Under the pieces are notes generated by a model. The model worked only from the letters and a program-made list of their open reading frames with translations. It searched no databases and was not told the DNA's origin. A stretch of DNA of 64,000 nt from Candidatus Latescibacterota bacterium (GTDB lineage Bacteria; Latescibacterota; UBA2968; UBA8231), in assembly GCA_965204725.1 (NCBI GenBank), contig OZ242005.1:1696001-1760000 (forward strand). The letters are read 5' to 3'. Below, piece by piece: positions 1 through 9,419 of this stretch. The translations under genes were made by a program, and so were the position numbers. Positions within the stretch are counted from its first letter, which is position 1. Each line of letters begins with the position of its first letter.

Positions 1-1025
1 TGCCCCCGGGTAAAAAGTGCCGAGCCGTGCGTCCGCGGCAGCACCGTGCTCTCGCACGTGACGTCGCGCACCGCGTCGAGCGCCCGGCCATCAATGCGCC
101 GCTTTTCCTTGAGGATCATGGCGCGCATGTCGGCCTTGAGCAGCGCCTCCAGCTCGTCCTTGATGAGCTTTTCAGCGTCTGGGAACCGCTCGGCCAAGCT
201 CGCCAAGACCTCGGCGTTAATCGCGTCGATGCGCGCTTGGCGCTCTTCTTTGAGCGGGCTTCTGTTGGCCTCGGCAATCTGCTCGCGCGCCAACTCGGCC
301 ACGGCTTGGACGAGCGCGGGATCGACTTCCTCGGTTTCGATGACAATTTTCTCTTGGCCGACTTGAGCACCGAGTTGCTCCTGTAGCTCGACCAACTCGA
401 CGATGCGCTCGTGGCCAAAGGCCAACGCATCGACGAGCACTTGCTCGGCAATCTCGTGGGCCCCTCCTTCGACGCTGACGATGGAATCGGCCGTGCCACA
501 GACCATGATCTCTAGATCGGAGTCATCGAGCTGGGCCGAGGTCGGATTGGCGACGAACTCGCCGTTGATGCGCCCGACCCGCACGGCTCCTATCGGCCCA
601 GCAAAGGGAATGTCGGAAATGCTCAGGGCGGCCGAGGCCCCGATTAAACCCAAGACATCGGCGTCGTTTTCGCCGTCGTACGACAGCACCGAGACATAGA
701 CTTGGATCTCGTAGGGAAACTTCTTGGGAAACAGCGGCCGAATGGGGTGATCGATCAACCGCGCGCTCAAGGTCTCCTTTTCGGAGGGACGCCCTTCGCG
801 CTTGAAGATGTTGCCCGGTATCTTGCCCCCAGCGTAGGCCTTTTCCCGGTAATCGACGATCAAGGGCAAAAAGCCTCGATCCTCCGGGGTGTTGGTCCGG
901 CAGGCCGTGACTAGCACTACGGTCTCCCCGTATTGCATCCACACGGCCCCATTGGCTTGCTTGGCGATTCTGCCGGTTTCAATCGACAGACTCCGCCCAC
1001 CTATTTCGCGTTCGAGTTTAGTCAT
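1..1025 (-). CDS. pnp: Polyribonucleotide nucleotidyltransferase (PNPase); runs off the window edge
   Basis: Manual translation from ATG 1025: MTKLEREIGGRSLSIETGRIAKQANGAV...FLPLIVDYREKAYAGGKIPG...KREGRPSEKETLSARLIDHPIRPLFP...PRTHGSALFTRG. Lies downstream of rpsO. Confidence 0.97.
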   Translation of the reverse strand, partial: MTKLEREIGGRSLSIETGRIAKQANGAVWMQYGETVVLVTACRTNTPEDRGFLPLIVDYREKAYAGGKIPGNIFKREGRPSEKETLSARLIDHPIRPLFPKKFPYEIQVYVSVLSYDGENDADVLGLIGASAALSISDIPFAGPIGAVRVGRINGEFVANPTSAQLDDSDLEIMVCGTADSIVSVEGGAHEIAEQVLVDALAFGHERIVELVELQEQLGAQVGQEKIVIETEEVDPALVQAVAELAREQIAEANRSPLKEERQARIDAINAEVLASLAERFPDAEKLIKDELEALLKADMRAMILKEKRRIDGRALDAVRDVTCESTVLPRTHGSALFTRG

Positions 1026-1112
1026 TAGATATATCTTTTCTTTTGCTCTTCCTTTGAGGTTGTGAAATCTGTGCGGCACCCGCGCCTACGAGCACCGCTA
1101 CGAGCCTACGAG

Positions 1113-1379
1113 CTAACGGCGCAATCCAAGCTCGCGGATCAACGCCGCGTACGCCTGCGGGTTTTTCTTTTGGTAGTAGCTCTGCAATCGCCTCCTTTTG
1201 CCTATGAGTACGAGTAACCCTCGCCGCGTGGCAAAGTCCTTTTGCTGGTCTTTGAGATGTTCGGTCAGGTTCCTAATCCGCTCGGTGAAAATGGCAATCT
1301 GCACCGGGGCGGAACCCGGGCCGCCCTCTTGGCCAAACTGTTCAATCAGTTCCTTCTTGCGTTCGCTTGTTATGGACAC
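1113..1379 (-). CDS. rpsO: 30S ribosomal protein S15
   Basis: GSAPVQIAIFTERIRNLTEHL...KDFATRRGLLVLIGKRRRL...LGLRR. GTG 1379 has GGAGG upstream; the ORF track uses 1385. Confidence 0.97.
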   Translation of the reverse strand: MSITSERKKELIEQFGQEGGPGSAPVQIAIFTERIRNLTEHLKDQQKDFATRRGLLVLIGKRRRLQSYYQKKNPQAYAALIRELGLRR

Positions 1380-1807
1380 CTCCAACCTCCGTATTGCGCG
1401 TCGCGCTTTCCGCCTTCAGGACTGGAGGCGAACAGGGCGCGGGCTTGATGAATGTCTCTGCGGATTTGCCCGACCAACTCATCTGGATGGGCAAAGGCGC
1501 GTTGGTCGCGCAGCTTCTCTACGAGAACGACCTCTAGGGTTTGTCCGTAGAGATCGCCGGCAAAATCGAGTATGTGCAACTCGATGACGAGCGCGTCTTC
1601 GGCGAATGTGGGCCGAGGGCCGATATGAGCCACGGCCGGCAAAACCCCACTTTTCGGGTACTGCACTGCGGCGGCAAATACCCCTTGGGGCAAGGACGCA
1701 TCGGCTGGGGGCCGCAAATTCGCCGTGGGAAACCCCAGTGTTTTGCCCCGTCCTTGGCCCCTGGTGACGCGGCCGGAAAAGCGAACTAAGGTTGGCGCAA
1801 AACGCAC
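1370..1807 (-). CDS. Stand-alone riboflavin kinase (C-terminal domain of RibF only); start uncertain
   Basis: GQGRGKTLGFPTAN, HIGPRPTF, IELHILDFAGDLYG and KLRDQRAF motifs, in the usual ribF slot between truB and rpsO. No FMN adenylyltransferase domain and no room for one. Confidence 0.9.
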   Translation of the reverse strand: MRFAPTLVRFSGRVTRGQGRGKTLGFPTANLRPPADASLPQGVFAAAVQYPKSGVLPAVAHIGPRPTFAEDALVIELHILDFAGDLYGQTLEVVLVEKLRDQRAFAHPDELVGQIRRDIHQARALFASSPEGGKRDAQYGGWRCP

Positions 1808-2676
1808 AGCGGCCGCAACGCCCCCTGCTCCCACCGGGCGAGGCCAAACAAGGTTTCCGCCGCGTCAAAAACCGCGCAGACCGTGCGCGGCGCGGCCGGG
1901 TACTCAATCGCCCTCCCATGGACGAAATCGGCTAGCTTGCCTTCGTTCAGCTCGACGGCCGCGAGCTCGCTCAGCGCCTGCCGCGGATGGACGAGGGCCT
2001 TTTCAATTTGACCCGCTCGACTCAGGCTGGCGACTTGGTCTAGCGTCAGGGCTTGGTCCAAGCCGAGGCCCCCCGCTCGCCGGCGGCGCAATTCCGCTAA
2101 ATAGGCCCCCGTCCCCAAGACGCGCCCCAGATCTGCGGCCAAGGAGCGAATGTACGTGCCCGCCGAGCAATGGATTTTTACGCCTAGTTTGGGAAAATCG
2201 TAGCCGAGCAATTCTAGGGTGTGGATGTGTACGCGGCGGGGCTTGAGGACGACTTCGTCCCCGCGCCGCGCCCGCTTGTACGAGCGCACCCCGGCCACTT
2301 TTACCGCTGAATGCGGCGGCGGCACTTGGTCTATCGCACCCGTACAGTCGCGCAAGGCTTGGGCCACGCTTTGGGCGTCGGGCGGCCGGCCGTGGGCTTG
2401 GGGGCAAATCGGCCCCTCGGCATCGCCCGTAGCACTGACCGCCCCCAGACAAATCTCGGCCTCGTATTCCTTATCCGCGCCGCTGAGCCAGCGGTTGAGT
2501 CGAGTATAGCGACCCAAACAGACGACTAAGACGCCGCTGGCCAAGGGGTCGAGCGTACCGCAGTGCCCAATGCGCCGCAACAGCAATAGGCGTCGGAGCG
2601 AGGCGATTACGTCGTGGGAAGTGGGGCCTTTGGCTTTGTCGAGGACCAAAACCCCGGTCAAGGCCGGATCAGTCAT
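1786..2676 (-). CDS. truB: tRNA pseudouridine(55) synthase
   Basis: LDKAKGPTSHDVI, IGHCGTLDPLASGVL, CSAGTYIRSLAADLG motifs. Confidence 0.97.
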   Translation of the reverse strand: MTDPALTGVLVLDKAKGPTSHDVIASLRRLLLLRRIGHCGTLDPLASGVLVVCLGRYTRLNRWLSGADKEYEAEICLGAVSATGDAEGPICPQAHGRPPDAQSVAQALRDCTGAIDQVPPPHSAVKVAGVRSYKRARRGDEVVLKPRRVHIHTLELLGYDFPKLGVKIHCSAGTYIRSLAADLGRVLGTGAYLAELRRRRAGGLGLDQALTLDQVASLSRAGQIEKALVHPRQALSELAAVELNEGKLADFVHGRAIEYPAAPRTVCAVFDAAETLFGLARWEQGALRPLCVLRQP

Positions 2677-3022
2677 GCTGCGCTCCACCGAGACTATCGA
2701 TCAGGGCTGTAACGCGCACGGCGCGCTCGGTGGTATTGTCGTAGGCAACCCGCAACTGGGGTGCATAGCGCAAGCGCGTGCGCTGGGCAATTGCTCGGCG
2801 AATAAAACCCAAGCCCCGGTGCATTCCTTGGAGTATCTGCTTTTTGTCGTCGTCGTCGCCGAGGGTGCTGACAAAAATAGTGGCATGGCTCATGTCGGTG
2901 GAGAGCTCCACATCGACGATTTGCACGAGCTGTAGCCGCGGATCTTTCATCCGCCCTACAATGTCGGTCAGCTCGCGGAGCAACTGCCCGCGCACTCGGC
3001 TAATTCGTTGGGGGGAGGCCAC
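2669..3022 (-). CDS. rbfA: Ribosome-binding factor A
   Basis: MKDPRL...VELSTDMSHATIFVS...LRYAPQLRVAYD, located in the infB-rbfA-truB operon. Confidence 0.95.
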   Translation of the reverse strand: MASPQRISRVRGQLLRELTDIVGRMKDPRLQLVQIVDVELSTDMSHATIFVSTLGDDDDKKQILQGMHRGLGFIRRAIAQRTRLRYAPQLRVAYDNTTERAVRVTALIDSLGGAQHD

Positions 3023-3028
3023 CTGTGC

Positions 3029-3319
3029 TCAGTGTACTTCCATTTGATAGTCGAGAATATGCACTCGGGGATCGCCTTCGACGAAGTTGACGATTTTGGC
3101 CAACATCTCGTCGCAGTGTTCAACGGCCGAACTCACCACCGCAACCCCCAGCACCGACCGCTGCCACAGCGCGTGGTCATCGACCTCGGCTACGGCCGCG
3201 TTAAAGCGGTTGCGGATGCGCCCCTTGAGGCTGTTGAGGACCTGCCGCTTGTCCTTGAGCGAATGGCTATCGCCGATATAGATTTGCACCGCACAACTCA
3301 TGACGATCAAAACAGGCAA
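3029..3319 (-). CDS. DUF503/YlxP family protein
   Basis: SHSLKDKRQVLNSLKGRIRNRFNAAVAEVDDHALWQRSVLGVAVVS, conserved position between infB and rbfA. Confidence 0.9.
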   Translation of the reverse strand: MPVLIVMSCAVQIYIGDSHSLKDKRQVLNSLKGRIRNRFNAAVAEVDDHALWQRSVLGVAVVSSAVEHCDEMLAKIVNFVEGDPRVHILDYQMEVH

Positions 3320-3325
3320 CAGCCC

Positions 3326-5686
3326 CTAGAGCGTGCGCTCCGTCTCGACCACAACGAGCGACTCGACGATGTCCCCTTCGGCGATGTCGTCGAAGGCGGC
3401 AAACCCCATGCCGCACTCGAATCCCTCCGAGACCTCGCGCACGTCGTCCTTGAACCGCCGCAACGAGGTCAGCTCCCCGGTAAAGACGACTTGGCCCGCA
3501 CGCAAAATCCGCACCTGATTGCTGCGGGCGATGGTGCCGTCTTGGACCAAACAGCCGCCGATCGTCCCCATGCGGGACGAGGTAAAGATCTGGCGGATTT
3601 CGGCCCGGCCCACCACCTGTTCTTCGGTCGTCGGCGCCAAGAGGCCGGCCAGAGCGGCTCGCACATCCTCAATGACTTCGTAGATGATTCGGTAGTTGCG
3701 AATTTCCACGCCTTCTTGGGTGGCGAGGTCGCGGGCAGAGGGTTGGGTGGTTACGTGGAAACCGAGCAAAATGGCGTTGGAGGCCGCGGCCAACAGCACA
3801 TCCGATTCCGAGATGGCCCCCACCGCGCTGTGAATGACATTGACTCGCACTTCTTCGTGCGCGATGCGGCCCAACTCTTCGGCGATGGCCTCGACCGATC
3901 CATCGACATCGCCTTTGACCACCACCCGCAACTCTTGGATGTGGCCCTGCTGGATCTGATCGTGTAAATCGCTGAGCGTGACCGTGCGCAGCTTGCGGTG
4001 ATCCTGCTCGCGCTTGATGAGCTGCCGCCGCTGGCTCAGGTCTTTGGCCTCGCGCTCAGAGCTGGCAACGGCAAAAACGTCCCCCGCTTGCGGGACTCCG
4101 GGCAATCCAAGCACTTGGACGGGCACGGAGGGCTTCGCTTCTTGGACGCGCTGGCCGTGTTCGTCGAGCAGGGCGCGCACCCGGCCGCTGTGGACTCCGG
4201 TAATAAAAGGCTCACTCGGGCGCAACGTCCCCTCTTGCACCAAGACCGTGGCCACAGGGCCTCGCCCCTTGTCGAGGTGGGCTTCGACGATCGTCCCGCG
4301 GGCTTTCTTCTGGGGGTTGGCCTGCAACTCGAGCAATTCGGCCACGATGAGGAGCACTTCCAGCAAGTGGTCTATGCCCTGTCCGGTCTTGGCCGAGATT
4401 TCAGCGCAGGGAATCTGCCCGCCCCACTCTTCGACTAAGACGCCCCGCTCTGCTAATTCCCGCTTGATTTTGTCTGGGTCGGCCGTAGGTAAGTCGATTT
4501 TGTTGATCGCCACGACTAAGGGGACCTGCGCGGCCTTGGCGTGGTCGATCGCTTCAATGGTTTGTGGCATGACGCTGTCGTCGGCCGCCACGACTAGGAT
4601 TACGATGTCGGTTACTCGCGAACCGCGCGCCCGCATCGCCGTAAAAGCCGCATGCCCTGGGGTGTCGAGGAACGTCACGCCGCGCCCGTCTTCCACGCTG
4701 ATCACGTACGCCCCGATGTGCTGGGTAATGCCGCCCGACTCGCCTTCGGCCACCTTGCTTTCGCGCAAGTAGTCGAGCAATGAGGTTTTGCCGTGATCGA
4801 CGTGGCCCATCACGGTGATGACCGGCGGGCGCGGCTCGGGCTCGCCGATTTCTTCCTCCTCGACGATCTCCTCCAACTCAACTTCTTCAGCCTCCAGCGG
4901 CGCCACTTCAAAGCCCAACTCGTCGGCCAGCGTCTGCATGGTGTCCATATCGAGGCGTTGGTTGATGGTCGCCATGGTGCCCATCTGCAGACACAGGGCA
5001 ATTACTTCGCTGACCTTGACGCCGAGTTGTTCGGCAAATTCGCCGAGCGTGATAAACTCGCTCACCTTGATTTGGCGGACCGGACCGTCTTCTCCGGCGC
5101 CCTCTTCGTGCGGGCCGCGCTCGTAGCGGCGGCGCACCCGGCCCTCGTTGAGCTGGCTCAAGGTCCGCCGGACGCTTTCTTGCACCGCCTTGGCATCGGG
5201 CACCCCTTTGCGCCGCTTCCCCCGCCGGCGCTTGGGCGGCGACCCCGGCAAATTGGCCTGGGCCGTTACCTCCCGCTTCTCACCCAATTCGCGGATGCTT
5301 TCCAAGCCGTTTTGGCCCTTGCCGCGGCGGCGACCGCGACGACGACCGCCCCCACCCTCGGCCTTGTCGGGCAGCGGCGCGGTGCGCTCGTTGGCGAGCC
5401 CCTCAGTGCCCTGCTTGCGAGTTGCCGAGCCCTTTTCGCGGCGACGATCCGACCGCGATCGACCGGCTTGTTTGCGACTGTCCTCTTTGGCCTTCTGCCG
5501 CTTTACTTCCTCTATTGAGCTCTTCTTCTCTTCATCAAGCTTGCGGTTGATGGCCTCCAGCATCTCGGGCGTCACTACGCTCATGTGGCTCTTTACTTCC
5601 ATACCCAAGCCCTTGAGCATGGATATGAGCGCATCGCTGGACAGCTTCTGTTCCTTGGCTACTTGATAGACTCGGCGCTTTTCCAA
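3326..5686 (-). CDS. infB: Translation initiation factor IF-2
   Basis: RPPVITVMGHVDHGKTSLLD, GGITQHIGAY, FLDTPGHAAF, AINKID, SLRRFKDDVREV. Confidence 0.99.
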   Translation of the reverse strand: MEKRRVYQVAKEQKLSSDALISMLKGLGMEVKSHMSVVTPEMLEAINRKLDEEKKSSIEEVKRQKAKEDSRKQAGRSRSDRRREKGSATRKQGTEGLANERTAPLPDKAEGGGGRRRGRRRGKGQNGLESIRELGEKREVTAQANLPGSPPKRRRGKRRKGVPDAKAVQESVRRTLSQLNEGRVRRRYERGPHEEGAGEDGPVRQIKVSEFITLGEFAEQLGVKVSEVIALCLQMGTMATINQRLDMDTMQTLADELGFEVAPLEAEEVELEEIVEEEEIGEPEPRPPVITVMGHVDHGKTSLLDYLRESKVAEGESGGITQHIGAYVISVEDGRGVTFLDTPGHAAFTAMRARGSRVTDIVILVVAADDSVMPQTIEAIDHAKAAQVPLVVAINKIDLPTADPDKIKRELAERGVLVEEWGGQIPCAEISAKTGQGIDHLLEVLLIVAELLELQANPQKKARGTIVEAHLDKGRGPVATVLVQEGTLRPSEPFITGVHSGRVRALLDEHGQRVQEAKPSVPVQVLGLPGVPQAGDVFAVASSEREAKDLSQRRQLIKREQDHRKLRTVTLSDLHDQIQQGHIQELRVVVKGDVDGSVEAIAEELGRIAHEEVRVNVIHSAVGAISESDVLLAAASNAILLGFHVTTQPSARDLATQEGVEIRNYRIIYEVIEDVRAALAGLLAPTTEEQVVGRAEIRQIFTSSRMGTIGGCLVQDGTIARSNQVRILRAGQVVFTGELTSLRRFKDDVREVSEGFECGMGFAAFDDIAEGDIVESLVVVETERTL

Positions 5687-5700
5687 AACGACTCCCTCAG

Positions 5701-7059
5701 CTACTCAACCCTTTGGTCTGCCTCATCGGCGGCGCGCACTTCTTCCTCCGCTGGCTCCGCTGCCTCTTCCTCCTCAGCAGCGGCCAATGACTCGATATCG
5801 ACCTCGCCGTGTTCGGCCAGATACGCGGCGGCCGCCGCCTTTACTCCGTGGGCGGTTTCGGCGAGCTCTAGCCCTGGCACGGTCTGCAATAGCTCCGGCT
5901 CGGCCTCGGCGACCGAGGCAATGGAGTTGAAACCGGACGTGGTCAAACTCAGGGCAATCAGTTCGCTAATGCCATCTATCTGGCGGAATACTTGCTGGTA
6001 CTGCTCCTGTTTGGCGCGGCGTTCTCGGTATTGCTCATCAGTGATAATATCGAGGCCCCAACCTGTGAGTTGGCTGGCGAGCTTGGTATTTTGCCCCCCC
6101 TTGCCAATGGCCAGCGATAGCTGCTCCTCTTCGACGATCACGACGGCGTGCCGGCGGCGCGAATCCGTGATGCAGCGCGTCACACTGGCTGGGCTTAGGG
6201 CCCGACTGATGAATATGTCCGGCTCGTCAATCCAAGGCACAATATCTATGCGCTCGCCGCTCAGCTCGCGGACGATGGCTTGCACCCGCGACCCCTTCAC
6301 TCCGACACAGGCTCCCACTGGATCGACGCGTTCGTCGCTGCTGCTGACCGCGATTTTTGCCCGCTCGCCCGGATCGCGGGCTACGCCGTGAATCTCGACG
6401 ATGCCCTCGGCTATCTCCGGCACTTCCGTCGCAAAGAGCTTGCGGAGGAATTCGGGCCGAGTGCGGGAGAGCAAAACCTGCGGCCCCCGGCTCGACTTGA
6501 GCACCTCGTATATATAGCCCCGCACAGCATCGCCTTGGCGATAGCGCTCGCGGCGGATTTGCTCTTTGTATGGAACGGCCGCTTCGGCCCGGCCGAGGTT
6601 GAGGATGATGTCGCCGTGGCTGATCTGCTGCACGGAACCCGACTCGACGAGGCCGACTCGGCCTATAAATTCGTCGTATATTCGCTCGCGCTCGGCTTCG
6701 CGGACCCGCTGAATGAGAATTTGCTTGGCGGTCTGGATGGCATTGCGGCCAAAGTCGGCGAAATTGAGTTGTTGCACCAGCACAGAGCCTAGCTGGACAT
6801 GCGGGTCTATGTCGCGGGCGTCGGCGAGGAGAATCTCCATGGACGGCTCGACCACTTCTTCGACGACGGTCTTGCGGGCGTACACGGCCATTTTGCCTTG
6901 GGCCGCGTCGATGTCAACTTCGTAATTTTCCGTATTGCCGTAGTGCCTTTTGGCGGCTGAAATCAGGGCGTCGGCGAGGGTCTGCACCACCAATTCCCGG
7001 TCGACGTTTTTTTCGCGGGCAATCTGTCCCAAAGCTTCAACAATGTTGGCGTTGTTCAT
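5701..7059 (-). CDS. nusA: Transcription termination/antitermination factor NusA
   Basis: FGRNAIQTAKQ, EVPEIAEG, ARDPGERAKIAV, DPVGACVGVKGSRV, LSLAIGKGGQN. Confidence 0.99.
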   Translation of the reverse strand: MNNANIVEALGQIAREKNVDRELVVQTLADALISAAKRHYGNTENYEVDIDAAQGKMAVYARKTVVEEVVEPSMEILLADARDIDPHVQLGSVLVQQLNFADFGRNAIQTAKQILIQRVREAERERIYDEFIGRVGLVESGSVQQISHGDIILNLGRAEAAVPYKEQIRRERYRQGDAVRGYIYEVLKSSRGPQVLLSRTRPEFLRKLFATEVPEIAEGIVEIHGVARDPGERAKIAVSSSDERVDPVGACVGVKGSRVQAIVRELSGERIDIVPWIDEPDIFISRALSPASVTRCITDSRRRHAVVIVEEEQLSLAIGKGGQNTKLASQLTGWGLDIITDEQYRERRAKQEQYQQVFRQIDGISELIALSLTTSGFNSIASVAEAEPELLQTVPGLELAETAHGVKAAAAAYLAEHGEVDIESLAAAEEEEAAEPAEEEVRAADEADQRVE

Positions 7060-7080
7060 GTTTTGCTCGCCCTTTGATGC

Positions 7081-7533
7081 TTACAATTCTGGTTCGATGG
7101 TGGCTCTGGCAATGTCGGCCCGCGCTACGAGCTTAGCGGGGCTATCGAGCTGAATCTGGTCGGCTTCCCAAGCGACCAGCCGGCCTATGACGACTCGGCC
7201 AGAGGTGAGAACGACTTTTAGCAACCGGCCCCGGGCGCGGGTGAAGTCCCCATCCGTTGTTAGGGGCCGGGCTAATCCCGGGGAGGTAACTTCGAGCCGA
7301 TACCGGCCGGCAATCGGGTCTTCTATGTCAAAAAGATCGGCCACTTCGCGACTGATTGACTCGCAGGTGGCCAGTGTTATGCCGCAATTTTTGTGAACCA
7401 ATAATCGAACTAGCTGATTGCCGCGGACGCCGCTGAGTTCGATATCGACGAGTTCGGCCTCGTGCTCGCGGATAATGGGCTCGGCAAGCGCGATTAGATC
7501 GGCCTTTAATGCGAATTTATCTACAGCGGAAAT
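7081..7533 (-). CDS. rimP: Ribosome maturation factor RimP; probable non-canonical start (ATT 7533 or CTG 7548)
   Basis: GITLATCESISREVADLFDIEDPIAGRYRLEVTSPGLARPL. RimP-like N-terminus (LAEPIIREHEAELVDIEL) continues upstream of the track's TTG 7401. In-frame TAG at 7566-7564. Confidence 0.93.
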   Translation of the reverse strand: MSAVDKFALKADLIALAEPIIREHEAELVDIELSGVRGNQLVRLLVHKNCGITLATCESISREVADLFDIEDPIAGRYRLEVTSPGLARPLTTDGDFTRARGRLLKVVLTSGRVVIGRLVAWEADQIQLDSPAKLVARADIARATIEPEL

Positions 7534-7552
7534 ACGCGCTTTCCCCAGTAAG

Positions 7553-7579
7553 AAAAAAGTGGGCTAGTGACGCCCACTT
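7553..7579 (-). promoter_or_regulatory. rimP leader hairpin/premature terminator
   Basis: AAGTGGGC-GTCACTA-GCCCACTT followed by a U-run on the minus strand, between the promoter and rimP. Resembles the described rimP-leader attenuator. Confidence 0.8.
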
Positions 7580-7587
7580 GGGATTAT

Positions 7588-7616
7588 AAAATATGGGATT
7601 GTATTGATTTAGGCAA
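7588..7616 (-). promoter_or_regulatory. Sigma70-type promoter of the rimP-nusA-infB operon
   Basis: TTGCCT-17 nt-TATTTT, with an overlapping TATAAT, immediately upstream of the leader. Confidence 0.55.
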
Positions 7617-7647
7617 GACGACTTAACAGCCCTTGCCAAATGCCAAG

Positions 7648-8052
7648 TCAGAGGAGGCGCAAAATCTCGCGCAGCTCCTTTTGGGCCTCTTCAATCGCTC
7701 TGAATGCGGCCTCCCGGTCCGGTGCGGGTGCGGGCGAAACGGGCCGGTCCTGCTGTTTAGCGCCCAAAGCAGGTACTGGTTCGCCCGCTTGGTGCAGGAG
7801 CTCGGGCTCGTCTTTGAGCTTCTTCTTTACGCCCTGCGTCGTATAGCCCTCCTCGTAGAGGAGGCGTTTGAGCAACAAGATGATCCCTATATCGCGCTCC
7901 CTATACGCTCTGTTTTTACCCCCGCGCGCACGCCGCGGCCGCAAACAGGCAAACTCCTTTTCCCACGCCCTGAGCGTATAGGGTTGCAGTTGGGTGAGCT
8001 CTGCGACCTCGCTGATGCTGTAATACAGCTTATTTTGCAATGGATTTTTCAC
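7648..8052 (-). CDS. MerR-family HTH regulator
   Basis: KLYYSISEVAELTQLQPYTLRAWEKEF..LRPRR..GGKNRAY...LLYEEGYTTQGVKKKL. Confidence 0.88.
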   Translation of the reverse strand: MKNPLQNKLYYSISEVAELTQLQPYTLRAWEKEFACLRPRRARGGKNRAYRERDIGIILLLKRLLYEEGYTTQGVKKKLKDEPELLHQAGEPVPALGAKQQDRPVSPAPAPDREAAFRAIEEAQKELREILRLL

Positions 8053-9419
8053 GATCGCACTTCCCTAGATCTAGCTCTCTTAGACTCCTTGCGCCGACGC
8101 CAGACGATGCGCAGGGGCGTTCCCTCAAAATCAAATTCCGACCGCAGTCGATTTTCGATGTGGCGTCGATAATTCCCGGGCACGGCGCGGGGCAGATTCG
8201 TAAAGATCGTAAACGCCGGCGGGTTGATCCCGTGTTGGGTAGCGTAGAGCAGGCGGATGTCTCGGCCCTCTTGCGTCGCCAAGTACTCGCCGGAGAGTTG
8301 CTGAATGATCTTGTTCAAGCGCGGGGTGGGAATCCGCGTCCGGCGCTTGTTGCCCACGGCGGTCACCACTTCGAGGCACTTATGGACCCGCCGCCCGGTC
8401 AAGCCCGATATGCACAGCACCGGATAGTCGCGCAAAAAGGGATAGCGGTCGCGCAACGCACGGCGGTACTCGGCCGCGGTGCCCGCGGCGACCAAATCCC
8501 ACTTGTTGATCGCCACCACCAAGCCGCCGCCAGATTTTATTACTTGCTCCATGATGCGGACATCCTGCATAACCCACCCCTCGTCGCCATCTAGGAGCAC
8601 GACCGCCACATCGGCTTGGGCAATGCTGCTGGCCGCCCGGCGCGTGCTGTAGAACTCGACCGGATCACCCACCTTAGATCGCCGCCGCAAACCGGCCGTA
8701 TCTACGAACAGTAGATGGCTATTCTGCCAAGTCAAGCGCAGTTGAGTGGGGTCCCGGGTGGTCCCGGGCCGGGGGTGGACGATGGAAACCTGCTCGCCGG
8801 CGAGGCGGTTGATCAGCGTAGATTTGCCCACGTTGGGCCGCCCGACCAAAGCGACCCGGATCGCCTCTGCATCCCATTCCGGCCCATGAGCCACCGCCTC
8901 GTCAAACAGGGCAATGAGCGCGTCGAGCAAGGCACCGGATCGCCGCCCGGTAACGGCCGAAATCGGCCGAGGCTCCCCCAAGCCGAGCCGGTAGAATTCG
9001 TCGAGCGAAGCGACCGGCCCAACCTCATCGATCTTGTTGACGGCCAGCAGGCACTTCCCGCCCCCGCTGCGCAGCATGGTCCCCATCTCTTGGTCGAGAT
9101 CGGTCAAACCCGTGGTCGCATCGCAGAGAAAAATCGCTACATCCGCCTCGGCCAGTGCCTTGGCCGCTTGCGAGCGCACGGCCGCGGCTAGCGCATCTTG
9201 GACCCTCGGCATATAGCCCCCGGTATCAACCAGCGTGAAAGACCGCCCTCCCCACTCGGCCGCGGCGAATATCGGGTCGCGCGTGACCCCGGGCTGGCCG
9301 TCGGTTATGGCCCACCGGGTCCCCAAGATGCGGTTGAAAAGGGTTGACTTGCCCACGTTGGGCCGCCCGACGATCGCCACGATGGGCCGGCGATGGTTTT
9401 CGACGGTTTGGGTGTTCAC
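8049..9419 (-). CDS. der: Ribosome biogenesis GTPase Der (EngA)
   Basis: Two GRPNVGKSTL P-loops, GVTRD/GTTRD, DTGG/DTAG, NKID/NKWD, and C-terminal FEGTPLRI. Confidence 0.98.
   Translation of the reverse strand: MNTQTVENHRRPIVAIVGRPNVGKSTLFNRILGTRWAITDGQPGVTRDPIFAAAEWGGRSFTLVDTGGYMPRVQDALAAAVRSQAAKALAEADVAIFLCDATTGLTDLDQEMGTMLRSGGGKCLLAVNKIDEVGPVASLDEFYRLGLGEPRPISAVTGRRSGALLDALIALFDEAVAHGPEWDAEAIRVALVGRPNVGKSTLINRLAGEQVSIVHPRPGTTRDPTQLRLTWQNSHLLFVDTAGLRRRSKVGDPVEFYSTRRAASSIAQADVAVVLLDGDEGWVMQDVRIMEQVIKSGGGLVVAINKWDLVAAGTAAEYRRALRDRYPFLRDYPVLCISGLTGRRVHKCLEVVTAVGNKRRTRIPTPRLNKIIQQLSGEYLATQEGRDIRLLYATQHGINPPAFTIFTNLPRAVPGNYRRHIENRLRSEFDFEGTPLRIVWRRRKESKRARSREVRS

Noticed and set aside
1370-1807. 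ribF pseudogene
   Set aside because: All kinase motifs are intact, no decayed N-domain remnant is present, and a candidate replacement adenylyltransferase exists in the window.
7081-7401. rimP as an N-terminally truncated 106-aa gene or pseudogene
   Set aside because: The frame is open and RimP-like for 44 more codons, up to an SD-preceded ATT.
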